Source: the human T2T-CHM13v2.0 reference genome, Homo sapiens. Taken from it: a DNA stretch of 64,000 nucleotides. This document shows positions 37,767 through 58,946 of the stretch, in pieces. Positions within the stretch are counted from its first letter, which is position 1. Each line of letters starts with the position of its first letter. The stretch is taken from assembly GCF_009914755.1 (NCBI RefSeq), contig NC_060948.1. One strand, given 5' to 3'. The notes under the pieces are model-generated. The model made no database searches and was not told where the DNA came from. It was given only the letters and a program-made list of their open reading frames with translations. Position numbers and translations under genes: made by a program.

Positions 37767-39300
37767 ACGTATACATTATGTATATAATAATATACAGTAT
37801 CATATATATAATATATATAACCTATGTATAATATTGTTTTACATCCTGCATCTTATGTTATATATATTGTATAAAATATAATAATTGATAATATATAAGT
37901 TTTATAATTATACAATATGACATATAGTATATATTATAATTTCTGACATATATAATATATGTTATATATCATATATAGAATATATTATACGGTTAATATA
38001 CGTATTAAATTTAAATTATACATTATATATATTATATATAATATATCTGTTATATATAATACCCATTATGCATAATATATATATTATGTCTATGTTATAT
38101 ATAGTATAAAACAACATATAATAATATATAATTGTATATATAAAATGCGACATAGAATATATATTATATTTTATAAAATATGTAATATATATTATATATT
38201 ATATATAATACGTTGTATGTATAATACCTATATTAAATATATATTATATGACTATGTTATTAATTACATGTCACATGTGTTATATATTATATATTTTACA
38301 TAGAATATACCGGTTACATACAATATATACTATGTTACCTATAAAGTATAATTGATTACATGTAAAATAAAGAATGCAATATATTATGTATAATTTATAA
38401 TATACAATATGTGGAATGTGATATATGTAACATATAATATATGATATATGATATACAGTATATGATATATAACATACAATATATGATTCCTAATATATAT
38501 GGTATACAATATATATTTTATGATATGTATTCCATATGTTTTATATTCTGTTATATATAACTATTTGAAATTATATATAACTGTATAATATTTTATGTAA
38601 ATATGTAATATAATATATATAACTATATAATATATTATATATAACTATATATTATGTTATATATACTTTTATAACATAATTTACATAAAATATCATAATA
38701 TAATATATATTATATTATTTCATATTACATAATATATATTACATATCACCCAATATAACTAACATACATAATATTATAATATAGATTATATTATATTATA
38801 TTAAATATGATATATATCATGTATCATATATTCTATAATATATATTACACATTATATAATATGTATGTTGTCTATTATGTGATATATATAACTATATATA
38901 TAATTATATTTTTATACATATAACTAGATAAACATGTAATTTTACATATTTTCATTTATAATATGTAGAATTATATAATCATATATAATTATTTATATTC
39001 TATAAAAAATTTTATCATTATATAAATTATAATATATAAAAATTATAATATGTACTACAAATATATATATTATATATCATATATGATATAGTACCTTTGT
39101 TATATATCATAATACATATAAATGTGTATTATGTTATCTATAATTATATAATTTCATATATAAGATGTATAATATGTATCATATATTATATATGTTATGT
39201 AATATATATAGTATATATAAGATGACACAGGATAAATATTATATACTATGACATATAAAATATATGAGGTTATATGTTACATATAAGGCATAGCACATAA

Positions 39301-39615
<315 letters not shown>

Positions 39616-40186
39616 AGATCCATATTTTTTAAATGAAAAAAAATTTCAAAGGTACTCTGCTTGGTACAATAATCAAATGTATAAACTGAGGAATAAAACA
39701 TAACCATGAAACCTACTTATAACTGCATATGGAAAATACAGAGGATAATTTTTTAAATAACATATTTTGAAAGCCTTAACTAGTAATTTGAAGAGTTGGC
39801 ATTAGAAAGGCCAGTATGAATATACCTTCAAAGCAGCAACACAGGTTCCCCATGAGAAAAAGCAAACACAGGGAAAATAAAAACACAAAGGTTCAATCTC
39901 TTCTGACCTTTGAAAGACACAGCACAGACAGTGGTCCTTAGGACGAAGAGCAGGAGACCCCTAATTCCGTCACCATGGCGATAGGGCATAAACATTGCTG
40001 GGTGAGGGCACAATCCACATTGTGAGGTCCAACTGCTGCCAGGAAGACAGGAGTGCTTTTACATAGACCGAAAGGTCATTGAAGGCTCAGAGTTTTGTTT
40101 CAAGAACTGAATCCCAAGCCCACACGTTATTAGGCTGCGCTTCTTAAAACAAGTTATGAGATGGGAAAAAGGGCACCCACAAACAT
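39616..40186. repeat. HSATI segment, unit 17
   Basis: Near-identical to 920-1490. Confidence 0.8.
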
Positions 40187-41718
40187 ACGTATACATTATG
40201 TATATAATAATATACAGTATCATATATATAATATATATAACCTATGTATAATATTGTTTTACATCCTGCATCTTATGTTATATATATTGTATAAAATATA
40301 ATAATTGATAATATATAAGTTTTATAATTATACAATATGACATATAGTATATATTATAATTTATGACATATATAATATATGTTATATATCTTATATAGAA
40401 TATATTATACGGTTAATATACGTATTAAATATAAATTATACATTATATATATTATATATAATATATCTGTTATATATAATACCCATTATGCATAATATAT
40501 ATATTATGTCTATGTTATATATAGTATAAAACAACATATAATAATATATAATTGTATATATAAAAGGTGACATAAAATATATATTATATTTTATGACATA
40601 TGCAATATATATTATATATTATATATAATACGTTGTATGAATAATACCTATATTAAATATATAATATATGACTATGTTATTAATTACATGTCACATATGT
40701 TATATATTATATATTTTACATAGAATATACCGGTTACATACAATATATACTATGTTACCTATAATGTATAATTTATTACATGTAAAATAAAGAATGCAAT
40801 ATATTATGTATAATTTATAATATACAATATATGGAATGTGATATATATAACATATAATATATGATATATGATATACAGTTTATGATATATAACATACAAT
40901 ATATGATACCTTATATATATGGCATACAATATATATTTTATGATATGTATTCTATATGTTTTATATTCTGTTATATATAACTATTTGAAATTATATATAA
41001 CTGTATAATATTTTATGTAAATTTGTAATATAATATATATAACTATATAATATTTTATATATAACTATATATTATGTTATATATACTTTTATAACATAAT
41101 TTACATAAAATATCGTAATATAATATATATTATATTATTTCATATTACATAATATATATTACATATCACCCAATATAAGTAACATACATAATAGTATAAT
41201 ATAGATTATATTATGTTATATTAATTATCATATATATCATGTATCATATATTCTATAATATATATTATACATTATATAATATGTATGTTGTCTATTATGT
41301 GATATATATAACTATATATAATTATATTATTATACATATAACTAGATAAACATGTAATTCTACATATTTTCATTTATAATATATAGAATTATATAATCAT
41401 ATATAATTATTTATATTCTATAAAAAATTATATCATTATATAAATTATAATATATAAAAATTATAATATGTACTACAAATATATATATTATATATCATAT
41501 ATGATATAGTACATTTGTTATATATCATAATACAAATAAATGTGTATTATGTTATCTATAATTATATAATTTCATATATAAGATGTATAATATGTATTAT
41601 ATATTATATATGTTATGTAATATATATAGTATATATAAGATGACACAGGATAAATATTATATACTATGACATATAAAATATATGAGGTTATATGTTACAT
41701 ATAAGGCATAGCACATAA

Positions 41719-42033
<315 letters not shown>

Positions 42034-42604
42034 GGATCCATATTTTTTAAATGAAAAAAAATTTCAAAGGTACTCTGCTTGGTACAATAATCAAATGTAT
42101 AAACTGAGGAACAAAACATAACCATGAAACCTACTTATAACTGCATATGGAAAATACAGAGGATAATTTTTTAAATAACATATTTTGAAAGCCTTAACTA
42201 GTAATTTGAAGAGTTGGCATTTGAAAGGCCAGTATGAATATACCTTCAAAGCAGCAACACAGGTTCCCCATGAGAAAAAGCAAACTCAGGGAAAATAAAA
42301 CCACAAAGGTTCAATCTCTTCTGACCTTTGAAAGACACAGCACAGACAGTGGTCCTTAGGACGAAGAGCAGGAGATCCCTAATTCCGTCACCATGGCGAT
42401 AGGGCATAAACATTGCTGGGTGAGGGCACAATCCACATTGTGAGGTCCAACTGCTGTCAGGAAGACAAGAGTGCTTTTACATAGACCGAAAGGTCATTGA
42501 AGGCTCAGAGTTTTGTTTCAAGAACTGAATCCCAAGCCCACACGTTATTAGGCTGCGCTTCTTAAAACAAGTTATGAGATGGGAAAAAGGGCACCTACAA
42601 ACAT
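42034..42604. repeat. HSATI segment, unit 18
   Basis: Variant copy of 920-1490. Confidence 0.8.
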
Positions 42605-44126
42605 ACGTATACATTATGTATATAATAATATACAGTATCATATATATAATATATATAACCCATGTATAATATTGTTTTACATCCTGCATCTTATATTATA
42701 TATATTGTTTAAAATATAATAATTGATAATATCTAAATTTTATATTTATACAATATGACATATAGTATATATTATAATTTATTACATATATAATATATGT
42801 TATATATCATATATAGAATATATTATACGGTTAATATACGTATTAAATATAAATTATACATTATATATATTATATATAATATATCTGCTATATATAATAC
42901 ACATTATGCATAATATATATATTATGTCTATGTTATATATAGTATAAAACAACATATAATAATATATAATTGTATATATAAAATGCGACATATAATATAT
43001 ATTATATTTTATGACATATGTAATATATATTATATATTATATATAATACGTTGTATGTATAATACCTATATTAAATATAAATTATATGACTATGTTATTA
43101 ATTACATGTCACATATGTTATATATTGTATATTTTACATAGAATATACCGGTTACATAAATATATACTATGTTACCTATAATGTATAATTTATTACATGT
43201 AAAATAAAGAATGCAATATATTGTGTATAATTTATAATATACAATATGTGGAATGTGATATATATAACATATAATATATGATATATGATATACAGTATAT
43301 GATATATAACATACAATATATGATACCTAATATATATGGTATACAATATATATTTTATGATATGTATTCTCTATGTTTTATATTCTGTTATATATAACTA
43401 TTTGAAATTATATATAACTGTATAATATTTTATGTAAATATGTAATATAATATATAACTATATAATATATTTTATATAGCTATATAATATGTTATATATA
43501 CTTTTATAACATAATTTACATAAAATATCATAATATAATATATATTATATTATTTCATATTACATAATATATATTACATATCACCCAATATAAGTAACAT
43601 ACATAATATTATAATATAGATTATATTATGTTATATTAAATATCATATATATCATGTATCATATATTCTATAATATATATGATATATTATATAATATGTA
43701 TGTTGTCTATTATGTGATATATATAACTATATATAATTATATTATTATACATATTACTAGATAAACATGTAATTCTACATATTTTCATTTATAATATATA
43801 GAATTATATAATCATATATAATTATTTATATTCTATAAAAAATTATATCATTATATAAATTATAATATATAAAAAATTTAATATGTACTACAAATATATA
43901 TATTATATATCATATATGATATAGTACCTTTGTTATATATCATAATACATATAAATGTGTATTATGTTATCTATAATTATATAATTTCATATATAAGATG
44001 TATAATATGTATTATATATTATATATGTTATGTAATATATATAGTATATGTAAGATGACTCAGGATAAATATTATATACTATGACATATAAAATATATGA
44101 GGTTATATGTTACATATAAGGCATAG

Positions 44127-44448
<322 letters not shown>

Positions 44449-45019
44449 AGATCCATATTTTTTAAATGAAAAAAAATTTCAAAGGTACTCTGCTTGGTAC
44501 AATAATCAAATGTATAAACTGAGGAATAAAACATAACCATGAAACCTACTTATAACTGCATATGGAAAATACAGAGGATAATTTTTTAAATAACATATTT
44601 TGAAAGCCTTAACTAGTAATTTGAAGAGTTGGCATTTGAAAGGCCAGTATGAATATACCTTCAAAGCAGCAACACAGGTTCCCCATGAGAAAAAGCAAAC
44701 TCAGGGAAAATAAAACCACAAAGGTTCAATCTCTTCTGACCTTTGAAAGACACAGCACAGACAGTGGTCCTTAGGACGAAGAGCAGGAGACCCCTAATCC
44801 CGTCACCATGGCGATAGGGCATAAACATTGCTGGGTGAGGGCACAATCCACATTGTGAGGTCCAACTGCTGCCAGGAAGACAGGAGTGCTTTTACATAGA
44901 CCGAAAGGTCATTGAAGGCTCAGAGTTTTGTTTCAAGAACTGAATCCCAAGCCCACACGTTATTAGGCTGCGCTTCTTAAAACAAGTTATGAGATGGGAA
45001 AAAGGGCACCTACAAACAT
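44449..45019. repeat. HSATI segment, unit 19
   Basis: Variant copy of 920-1490. Confidence 0.8.
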
Positions 45020-46549
45020 ACGTATACATTATGTATATAATAATATACAGTATCATATATATAATATATATAACCCATGTATAATATTGTTTTACATCCT
45101 GTATCTTATATTATATATATTGTATAAAATATAATAATTGATAATATATAAATTTTATATTTATACAATATGACATATAGTATATATTATAATTTATTAC
45201 ATATATAATATATGTTATATATCATATATAGAATATATTATACGGTTAATATACGTATTAAATATAAATTATACATTATATATATTATATATAATATATC
45301 TGCTATATATAATACCCATTATGCATAATATATATATTATGTCTATGTTATATATAGTATAAAACAACATATAATAATATATAATTGTATATATAAAATG
45401 CGACATATAATATATATTATATTTTATGATATATGTAATATATATTATATATTATATATAATACGTTGTATGTATAATACCTATATTAAATATAAATTAT
45501 ATGACTATGTTATTAATTACATGTCACATATGTTATATATTATATATTTTACATAGAATATACCGGTTACATACAATATATACTATGTTACCTATAATGT
45601 ATAATTTATTACATGTAAAATAAAGAATGCAATATATTACGTATAATTTATAATATACAATATGTGGAATGTGATATATATAACATATAATATATGATAT
45701 ATGATATACAGTATATGATATATAACATACAATATATGATACCTAATATATATGGTATACAATATATATTTTATGATATGTATTCTATATGTTTTATATT
45801 CTGTTACATATAACTATTTGAAATTATATATAACTGTATAATATTTTATGTAAATATATAATATAATATATAACTATATAATATATTATATATAACTATA
45901 TATTATGTTATATATACTTTTATAACATAATTTACATAAAATATCATAATATAATATATATTATATTATTTCATATTACATAATATATATTACATATCAC
46001 CCAATATAAGTAACATACATAATATTATAATATAGATTATATTATGTTATATTAAATATCATATATATCATGTATCATATATTCTATAATATATATGATA
46101 CATTATATAATATGTATGTTGTCTATTATGTGATATATATAACTATATATAATTATATTATTATACATATTACTAGATAAACATGTAATTCTACATATTT
46201 TCATTTATAATATATAGAATTATATAATCATATATAATTATTTGTATTCTATAAAAAATTATATCATTATATAAATTATAATATATAAAAATTATAATAT
46301 GTACTACAAATATATATATTATATATCATATATGATATAGTACCTTTGTTATATATCATAATACATATAAATGTGTATTATGTTATCTATAATTATATAA
46401 TTTCATATATAAGATGTATAATATGTATTATATATTATATAAGTTATGTAATATATATAGTATATATAAGATGACACAGGATAAATATTATATACTATGA
46501 CATATAAAATATATGAGGTTATATGTTACATATAAGGCATAGCACATAA

Positions 46550-46864
<315 letters not shown>

Positions 46865-47435
46865 AGATCCATATTTTTTAAATGAAAAAAAATTTCAAAG
46901 GTACTCTGCTTGGTACAATAATCAAATGTATAAACTGAGGAATAAAACATAACCATGAAACCTACTTATAACTGCATATGGAAACTACAGAGGATAATTT
47001 TTTAAATAACATATTTTGAAAGCCTTAACTAGTAATTTGAAGAGTTGGCATTTGAAAGGCCAGTATGAATATACCTTCAAAGCAGCAACACAGGTTCCCA
47101 ATGAGAAAAAGCAAACTCAGGGAAAATAAAACCACAAAGGTTCAATCTCTTCTGACCTTTGAAAGACACAGCACAGACAGTGGTCCTTAGGACGAAGAGC
47201 AGGAGACCCCTAATTCCGTCACCATGGCGATAGGGCATAAACATTGCTGGGTGAGGGCACAATCCACATTGTGAGGTCCAACTGCTGCCAGGAAGACAGG
47301 AGTGATTTTACATAGACCGAAAGGTCATTGAAGGCTCAGAGTTTTGTTTCAAGAACTGAATCCCAAGCCCACACGTTATTAGGCTGCGCTCCTTAAAACA
47401 AGTTATGAGATGGGAAAAAGGGCACCTACAAACAT
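46865..47435. repeat. HSATI segment, unit 20
   Basis: Variant copy of 920-1490. Confidence 0.8.
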
Positions 47436-48958
47436 ACGTATACATTATGTATATAATAATATACAGTATCATATATATAATATATATAACCCATGTATAA
47501 TATTGTTTTACATCCTGCATCTTATATTATATATATTGTATAAAATATAATAATTGATAATATCTAAATTTTATATTTATACAATATGACATATAGTATA
47601 TATTATAATTTATTACATATATAATATATGTCATATATCATATATAGAATATATTATACGGTTAATATACGTATTAAATATAAATTATACATTATATATA
47701 TTATATATAATATATCTGCTATATATAATACCCATTATGCATAATATATATATTATGTCTATGTTACATATAGTATAAAACAACATATAATAATATATAA
47801 ATGTATATATAAAATGCGACATATAATATAGATTATATTTTATGACATATGTAATATATATTATATATTATATATAATACGTTGTATGTATAATACCTAT
47901 ATTAAATATAAATTATATGACTATGTTATTAATTACATGTCACATATGTTATATATTATATATTTTACATAGAATATACCGGTTACATACAATATATACT
48001 ATGTTACCTATAATGTATAATTTATTACATGTAAAATAAAGAATGCAATATATTGTGTATAATTTATAATATACAATATGTGGAATGTGATATATATAAC
48101 ATATAATATATGATATATGATATACAGTATATGATATATAACATACAATATATGATACCTAATATATATGGTATACAATATATATTTTATGATATGTATT
48201 CTCTATGTTTTATATTCTGTTATATATAACTATTTGAAATTATATATAACTGTATAATATTTTATGTAAATATGTAATATAATATATAACTATATAATAT
48301 ATTTTATATAGCTATATAATATGTTATATATACTTTTATAACATAATTTACATAAAATATCATAATATAATATATATTATATTATTTCATATTACATAAT
48401 ATATATTACATATCACCCAATATAAGTAACATACATAATATTATAATATAGATTATATTATGTTATATTAAATATCATATATATCATGTATCATATATTC
48501 TATAATATATATGATATATTATATAATATGTATGTTGTCTATTATGTGATATATATAACTATATATAATTATATTATTATACATATTACTAGATAAACAT
48601 GTAATTCTACATATTTTCATTTATAATATATAGAATTATATAATCATATATAATTATTTATATTCTATAAAAAATTATATCATTATATAAATTATAATAT
48701 ATAAAAAATTTAATATGTACTACAAATATATATATTATATATCATATATGATATAGTACCTTTGTTATATATCATAATACATATAAATGTGTATTATGTT
48801 ATCTATAATTATATAATTTCATATATAAGATGTATAATATGTATTATATATTATATATGTTATGTAATATATATAGTATATATAAGATGACTCAGGATAA
48901 ATATTATATACTATGACATATAAAATATATGAGGTTATATGTTACATATAAGGCATAG

Positions 48959-49280
<322 letters not shown>

Positions 49281-49851
49281 AGATCCATATTTTTTAAATG
49301 AAAAAAAATTTCAAAGGTACTCTGCTTGGTACAATAATCAAATGTATAAACTGAGGAATAAAACATAACCATGAAACCTACTTATAACTGCATATGGAAA
49401 ATACAGAGGATAATTTTTTAAATAACATATTTTGAAAGCCTTAACTAGTAATTTGAAGAGTTGGCATTTGAAAGGCCAGTATGAATATACCTTCAAAGCA
49501 GCAACACAGGTTCCCCATGAGAAAAAGCAAACTCAGGGAAAATAAAACCACAAAGGTTCAATCTCTTCTGACCTTTGAAAGACACAGCACAGACAGTGGT
49601 CCTTAGGACGAAGAGCAGGAGACCCCTAATCCCGTCACCATGGCGATAGGGCATAAACATTGCTGGGTGAGGGCACAATCCACATTGTGAGGTCCAACTG
49701 CTGCCAGGAAGACAGGAGTGCTTTTACATAGACCGAAAGGTCATTGAAGGCTCAGAGTTTTGTTTCAAGAACTGAATCCCAAGCCCACACGTTATTAGGC
49801 TGCGCTTCTTAAAACAAGTTATGAGATGGGAAAAAGGGCACCTACAAACAT
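49281..49851. repeat. HSATI segment, unit 21
   Basis: Variant copy of 920-1490. Confidence 0.8.
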
Positions 49852-51381
49852 ACGTATACATTATGTATATAATAATATACAGTATCATATATATAATATA
49901 TATAACCCATGTATAATATTGTTTTACATCCTGTATCTTATATTATATATATTGTATAAAATATAATAATTGATAATATATAAATTTTATATTTATACAA
50001 TATGACATATAGTATATATTATAATTTATTACATATATAATATATGTTATATATCATATATAGAATATATTATACGGTTAATATACGTATTAAATATAAA
50101 TTATACATTATATATATTATATATAATATATCTGCTATATATAATACCCATTATGCATAATATATATATTATGTCTATGTTATATATAGTATAAAACAAC
50201 ATATAATAATATATAATTGTATATATAAAATGCGACATATAATATATATTATATTTTATCATATATGTAATATATATTATATATTATATATAATACGTTG
50301 TATGTATAATACCTATATTAAATATAAATTATATGACTATGTTATTAATTACATGTCACATCTGTTATATATTATATATTTTACATAGAATATACCGGTT
50401 ACATACAATATATACTATGTTACCTATAATGTATAATTTATTACATGTAAAATAAAGAATGCAATATATTACGTATAATTTATAATATACAATATGTGGA
50501 ATGTGATATATATAACATATAATATATGATATATGATATACAGTATATGATATATAACATACAATATATGATACCTAATATATATGGTATACAATATATA
50601 TTTTATGATATGTATTCTATATGTTTTATATTCTGTTACATATAACTATTTGAAATTATATATAACTGTATAATATTTTATGTAAATATATAATATAATA
50701 TATAACTATATAATATATTATATATAACTATATATTATGTTATATATACTTTTATAACATAATTTACATAAAATATCATAATATAATATATATTATATTA
50801 TTTCATATTACATAATATATATTACATATCACCCAATATAAGTAACATACATAATATTATAATATAGATTATATTATGTTATATTAAATATCATATATAT
50901 CATGTATCATATATTCTATAATATATATGATACATTATATAATATGTATGTTGTCTATTATGTGATATATATAACTATATATAATTATATTATTATACAT
51001 ATTACTAGATAAACATGTAATTCTACATATTTTCATTTATAATATATAGAATTATATAATCATATATAATTATTTGTATTCTATAAAAAATTATATCATT
51101 ATATAAATTATAATATATAAAAATTATAATATGTACTACAAATATATATATTATATATCATATATGATATAGTACCTTTGTTATATATCATAATACATAT
51201 AAATGTGTATTATGTTATCTATAATTATATAATTTCATATATAAGATGTATAATATGTATTATATATTATATAAGTTATGTAATATATATAGTATATATA
51301 AGATGACACAGGATAAATATTATATACTATGACATATAAAATATATGAGGTTATATGTTACATATAAGGCATAGCACATAA

Positions 51382-51696
<315 letters not shown>

Positions 51697-52267
51697 AGAT
51701 CCATATTTTTTAAATGAAAAAAAATTTCAAAGGTACTCTGCTTGGTACAATAATCAAATGTATAAACTGAGGAATAAAACATAACCATGAAACCTACTTA
51801 TAACTGCATATGGAAACTACAGAGGATAATTTTTTAAATAACATATTTTGAAAGCCTTAACTAGTAATTTGAAGAGTTGGCATTTGAAAGGCCAGTATGA
51901 ATATACCTTCAAAGCAGCAACACAGGTTCCCAATGAGAAAAAGCAAACTCAGGGAAAATAAAACCACAAAGGTTCAATCTCTTCTGACCTTTGAAAGACA
52001 CAGCACAGACAGTGGTCCTTAGGACGAAGAGCAGGAGACCCCTAATTCCGTCACCATGGCGATAGGGCATAAACATTGCTGGGTGAGGGCACAATCCACA
52101 TTGTGAGGTCCAACTGCTGCCAGGAAGACAGGAGTGATTTTACATAGACCGAAAGGTCATTGAAGGCTCAGAGTTTTGTTTCAAGAACTGAATCCCAAGC
52201 CCACACGTTATTAGGCTGCGCTCCTTAAAACAAGTTATGAGATGGGAAAAAGGGCACCTACAAACAT
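51697..52267. repeat. HSATI segment, unit 22
   Basis: Variant copy of 920-1490. Confidence 0.8.
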
Positions 52268-53790
52268 ACGTATACATTATGTATATAATAATATACAGTA
52301 TCATATATATAATATATATAACCCATGTATAATATTGTTTTACATCCTGCATCTTATATTATATATATTGTATAAAATATAATAATTGATAATATCTAAA
52401 TTTTATATTTATACAATATGACATATAGTATATATTATAATTTATTACATATATAATATATGTCATATATCATATATAGAATATATTATACGGTTAATAT
52501 ACGTATTAAATATAAATTATACATTATATATATTATATATAATATATCTGCTATATATAATACCCATTATGCATAATATATATATTATGTCTATGTTACA
52601 TATAGTATAAAACAACATATAATAATATATAAATGTATATATAAAATGCGACATATAATATAGATTATATTTTATGACATATGTAATATATATTATATAT
52701 TATATATAATACGTTGTATGTATAATACCTATATTAAATATAAATTATATGACTATGTTATTAATTACATGTCACATATGTTATATATTATATATTTTAC
52801 ATAGAATATACCGGTTACATACAATATATACTATGTTACCTATAATGTATAATTTATTACATGTAAAATAAAGAATGCAATATATTGTGTATAATTTATA
52901 ATATACAATATGTGGAATGTGATATATATAACATATAATATATGATATATGATATACAGTATATGATATATAACATACAATATATGATACCTAATATATA
53001 TGGTATACAATATATATTTTATGATATGTATTCTCTATGTTTTATATTCTGTTATATATAACTATTTGAAATTATATATAACTGTATAATATTTTATGTA
53101 AATATGTAATATAATATATAACTATATAATATATTTTATATAGCTATATAATATGTTATATATACTTTTATAACATAATTTACATAAAATATCATAATAT
53201 AATATATATTATATTATTTCATATTACATAATATATATTACATATCACCCAATATAAGTAACATACATAATATTATAATATAGATTATATTATGTTATAT
53301 TAAATATCATATATATCATGTATCATATATTCTATAATATATATGATATATTATATAATATGTATGTTGTCTATTATGTGATATATATAACTATATATAA
53401 TTATATTATTATACATATTACTAGATAAACATGTAATTCTACATATTTTCATTTATAATATATAGAATTATATAATCATATATAATTATTTATATTCTAT
53501 AAAAAATTATATCATTATATAAATTATAATATATAAAAAATTTAATATGTACTACAAATATATATATTATATATCATATATGATATAGTACCTTTGTTAT
53601 ATATCATAATACATATAAATGTGTATTATGTTATCTATAATTATATAATTTCATATATAAGATGTATAATATGTATTATATATTATATATGTTATGTAAT
53701 ATATATAGTATATATAAGATGACTCAGGATAAATATTATATACTATGACATATAAAATATATGAGGTTATATGTTACATATAAGGCATAG

Positions 53791-54112
<322 letters not shown>

Positions 54113-54683
54113 AGATCCATATTTTTTAAATGAAAAAAAATTTCAAAGGTACTCTGCTTGGTACAATAATCAAATGTATAAACTGAGGAATAAAACATAA
54201 CCATGAAACCTACTTATAGCTGCATATGGAAAATACAGAGGATAATTTTTTAAATAACATATTTTGAAAGCCTTAACTAGTAATTTGAAGAGTTGGCATT
54301 TGAAAGGCCAGTATGAATATACCTTCAAAGCAGCAACACAGGTTCCCCATGAGAAAAAGCAAACTCAGGGAAAATAAAACCACAAAGGTTCAATCTCTTC
54401 TGACCTTTGAAAGACACAGCACAGACAGTGGTCCTTAGGACGAAGAGCAGGAGACCCCTAATCCCGTCACCATGGCGATAGGGCATAAACATTGCTGGGT
54501 GAGGGCACAATCCACATTGTGAGGTCCAACTGCTGCCAGGAAGACAGGAGTGCTTTTACATAGACCGAAAGGTCATTGAAGGCTCAGAGTTTTGTTTCAA
54601 GAACTGAATCCCAAGCCCACACGTTATTAGGCTGCGCTTCTTAAAACAAGTTATGAGATGGGAAAAAGGGCACCTACAAACAT
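54113..54683. repeat. HSATI segment, unit 23
   Basis: Variant copy of 920-1490. Confidence 0.8.
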
Positions 54684-56213
54684 ACGTATACATTATGTAT
54701 ATAATAATATACAGTATCATATATATAATATATATAACCCATGTATAATATTGTTTTACATCCTGTATCTTATATTATATATATTGTATAAAATATAATA
54801 ATTGATAATATATAAATTTTATATTTATACAATATGACATATAGTATATATTATAATTTATTACATATATAATATATGTTATATATCATATATAGAATAT
54901 ATTATACGGTTAATATACGTATTAAATATAAATTATACATTATATATATTATATATAATATATCTGCTATATATAATACCCATTATGCATAATATATATA
55001 TTATGTCTATGTTATATATAGTATAAAACAACATATAATAATATATAATTGTATATATAAAATGCGACATATAATATATATTATATTTTATGATATATGT
55101 AATATATATTATATATTATATATAATACGTTGTATGTATAATACCTATATTAAATATAAATTATATGACTATGTTATTAATTACATGTCACATATGTTAT
55201 ATATTATATATTTTACATAGAATATACCGGTTACATACAATATATACTATGTTACCTATAATGTATAATTTATTACATGTAAAATAAAGAATGCAATATA
55301 TTACGTATAATTTATAATATACAATATGTGGAATGTGATATATATAACATATAATATATGATATATGATATACAGTATATGATATATAACATACAATATA
55401 TGATACCTAATATATATGGTATACAATATATATTTTATGATATGTATTCTATATGTTTTATATTCTGTTACATATAACTATTTGAAATTATATATAACTG
55501 TATAATATTTTATGTAAATATATAATATAATATATAACTATATAATATATTATATATAACTATATATTATGTTATATATACTTTTATAACATAATTTACA
55601 TAAAATATCATAATATAATATATATTATATTATTTCATATTACATAATATATATTACATATCACCCAATATAAGTAACATACATAATATTATAATATAGA
55701 TTATATTATGTTATATTAAATATCATATATATCATGTATCATATATTCTATAATATATATGATACATTATATAATATGTATGTTGTCTATTATGTGATAT
55801 ATATAACTATATATAATTATATTATTATACATATTACTAGATAAACATGTAATTCTACATATTTTCATTTATAATATATAGAATTATATAATCATATATA
55901 ATTATTTATATTCTATAAAAAATTATATCATTATATAAATTATAATATATAAAAATTATAATATGTACTACAAATATATATATTATATATCATATATGAT
56001 ATAGTACCTTTGTTATATATCATAATACATATAAATGTGTATTATGTTATCTATAATTATATAATTTCATATATAAGGTGTATAATATGTATTATATATT
56101 ATATAAGTTATGTAATATATATAGTATATATAAGATGACACAGGATAAATATTATATACTATGACATATAAAATATATGAGGTTATATGTTACATATAAG
56201 GCATAGCACATAA

Positions 56214-56528
<315 letters not shown>

Positions 56529-57098
56529 AGATCCATATTTTTTAAATGAAAAAAAATTTCAAAGGTATTCTGCTTGGTACAATAATCCAATGTATAAACT
56601 GAGGAATAAAACATAACCATGAAACCTACTTATAACTGCATATGGAAAATACAGAGGATAATTTTTTAAATAACATATTTTGAAAGCCTTAACTAGTAAT
56701 TTGAAGAGCTGGCATTTGAAAGGCCAGTATGAATATACCTTCAAAGCAGCAACACAGGTTCCCCATGAGAAAAAGCAAACTCAGGGAAAATAAAACCACA
56801 AAGGTTCAATCTCTTCTGACCTTTGAAAGACACAGCACAGACAGTGGTCCTTAGGACGAAGAGCAGGAGACCCCTAATTCCGTCACCATGGCGATAGGGC
56901 ATAAACATTGCTGGGTGAGGGCACAATCCACATTGTGAGGTCCAACTGCTGCCAGGAAGACAGGAGTGCTTTTACATAGACCGAAAGGTCATTGAAGGCT
57001 CAGAGTTTTGTTTCAAGAACTGAATCCCAAGCCCACACGTTATTAGGCTGCGCTCCTTAAAACAAGTTATGAGATGGGAAAAAGGGCACCTACAACAT
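56529..57098. repeat. HSATI segment, unit 24
   Basis: Variant copy of 920-1490; 1-bp deletion near the end (TACAACATAC). Confidence 0.8.
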
Positions 57099-58631
57099 AC
57101 GTATACATTATGTATATAATAATATACAGTATCATATATATAATATATATAACCCATGTATAATATTGTTTTACATCCTGCATCTTATATTATATATATT
57201 GTATAAAATATAATAATTGATAATATCTAAATTTTATATTTATACAATATGACATATAGTATATATTATAATTTATTACATATATAATATATGTCATATA
57301 TCATATATAGAATATATTATACGGTTAATATACGTATTAAATATAAATTATACATTATATATATTATATATAATATATCTGCTATATATAATACCCATTA
57401 TGCATAATATATATATTATGTGTATGTTACATATAGTATAAAACAACATATAATAATAAATAAATGTATATATAAAATGCGACATATAATATAGATTATA
57501 TTTTATGACATATGTAATATATATTATATATTATATATAATACGTTGTATGTATAATACCTATATTAAATATATATTATATGACTATGTTATTAATTACA
57601 TGTCACATATGTTATATATTATATATTTTACATAGAATATACCGGTTACATACAATATATACTATGTTACCTATAATGTATAATTTATTACATGTAAAAT
57701 AAAGAATGCAATATATTATGTATAATTTATAATATACAATATGTGGAATGTGATATATATAACATATAATATATGATATATGATATACAGTATATGATAT
57801 ATAACATACAATATATGATACCTAATATATATGGTATACAATATATATTTTATGATATGTATTCTATATGATTTCTATTCTGTTATATATAACTATTTGA
57901 AATTATATATAACTGTATAATATTTTATGTAAATATGTAATATAATATATATAACTATATAATATATTATATATAACTATATATTATGTTATATATACTT
58001 TTATAACATAATTTACATAAAATATCATAATATAATATATATTATATTATTTCATATTTCATAATATATATTACATATCACCCAATATAAGTAACATACA
58101 TAATATTATAATATAGATTATATTATGTTATATTAAATATCATATATATCATGCACATATATTCTATAATATATATTATACATTATATAATATGTATGTT
58201 TTCTATTATGTGATATATATAACTATATATATAATTATATTATTATACATATAACTAGATAAACATGTAATTCTACATATTTTCATTTATAATATATAGA
58301 ATTATATAATCATATATAATTATTTATATTCTATAAAAAATTATATCATTATATAAATTATATTATATAAAAATTATAATATGTACTACAAATATATATA
58401 TTATATATCATATATGATATAGTACCTTTGTTATATATCATAATACATACAAATGTGTATTATGTTATCTCTAATTATATAATTTCATATATAAGTTGTA
58501 TAATATGTATTATATATTATATATGTTATGTAATATATATAGTATATATAAGATGACACAGGATAAATATTATATACTATGACATATAAAATATATGAGG
58601 TTATATGCTTCATATAAGGCATAGCACATAA

Positions 58632-58946
<315 letters not shown>

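Noticed and set aside
42477-42689. 70-aa MQDVKQ... ORF and the I/Y-rich ORFs at 6677, 56559 and 56972
   Set aside because: These are low-complexity translations of AT repeats that are opened by single SNPs. They are useful only as variant markers.
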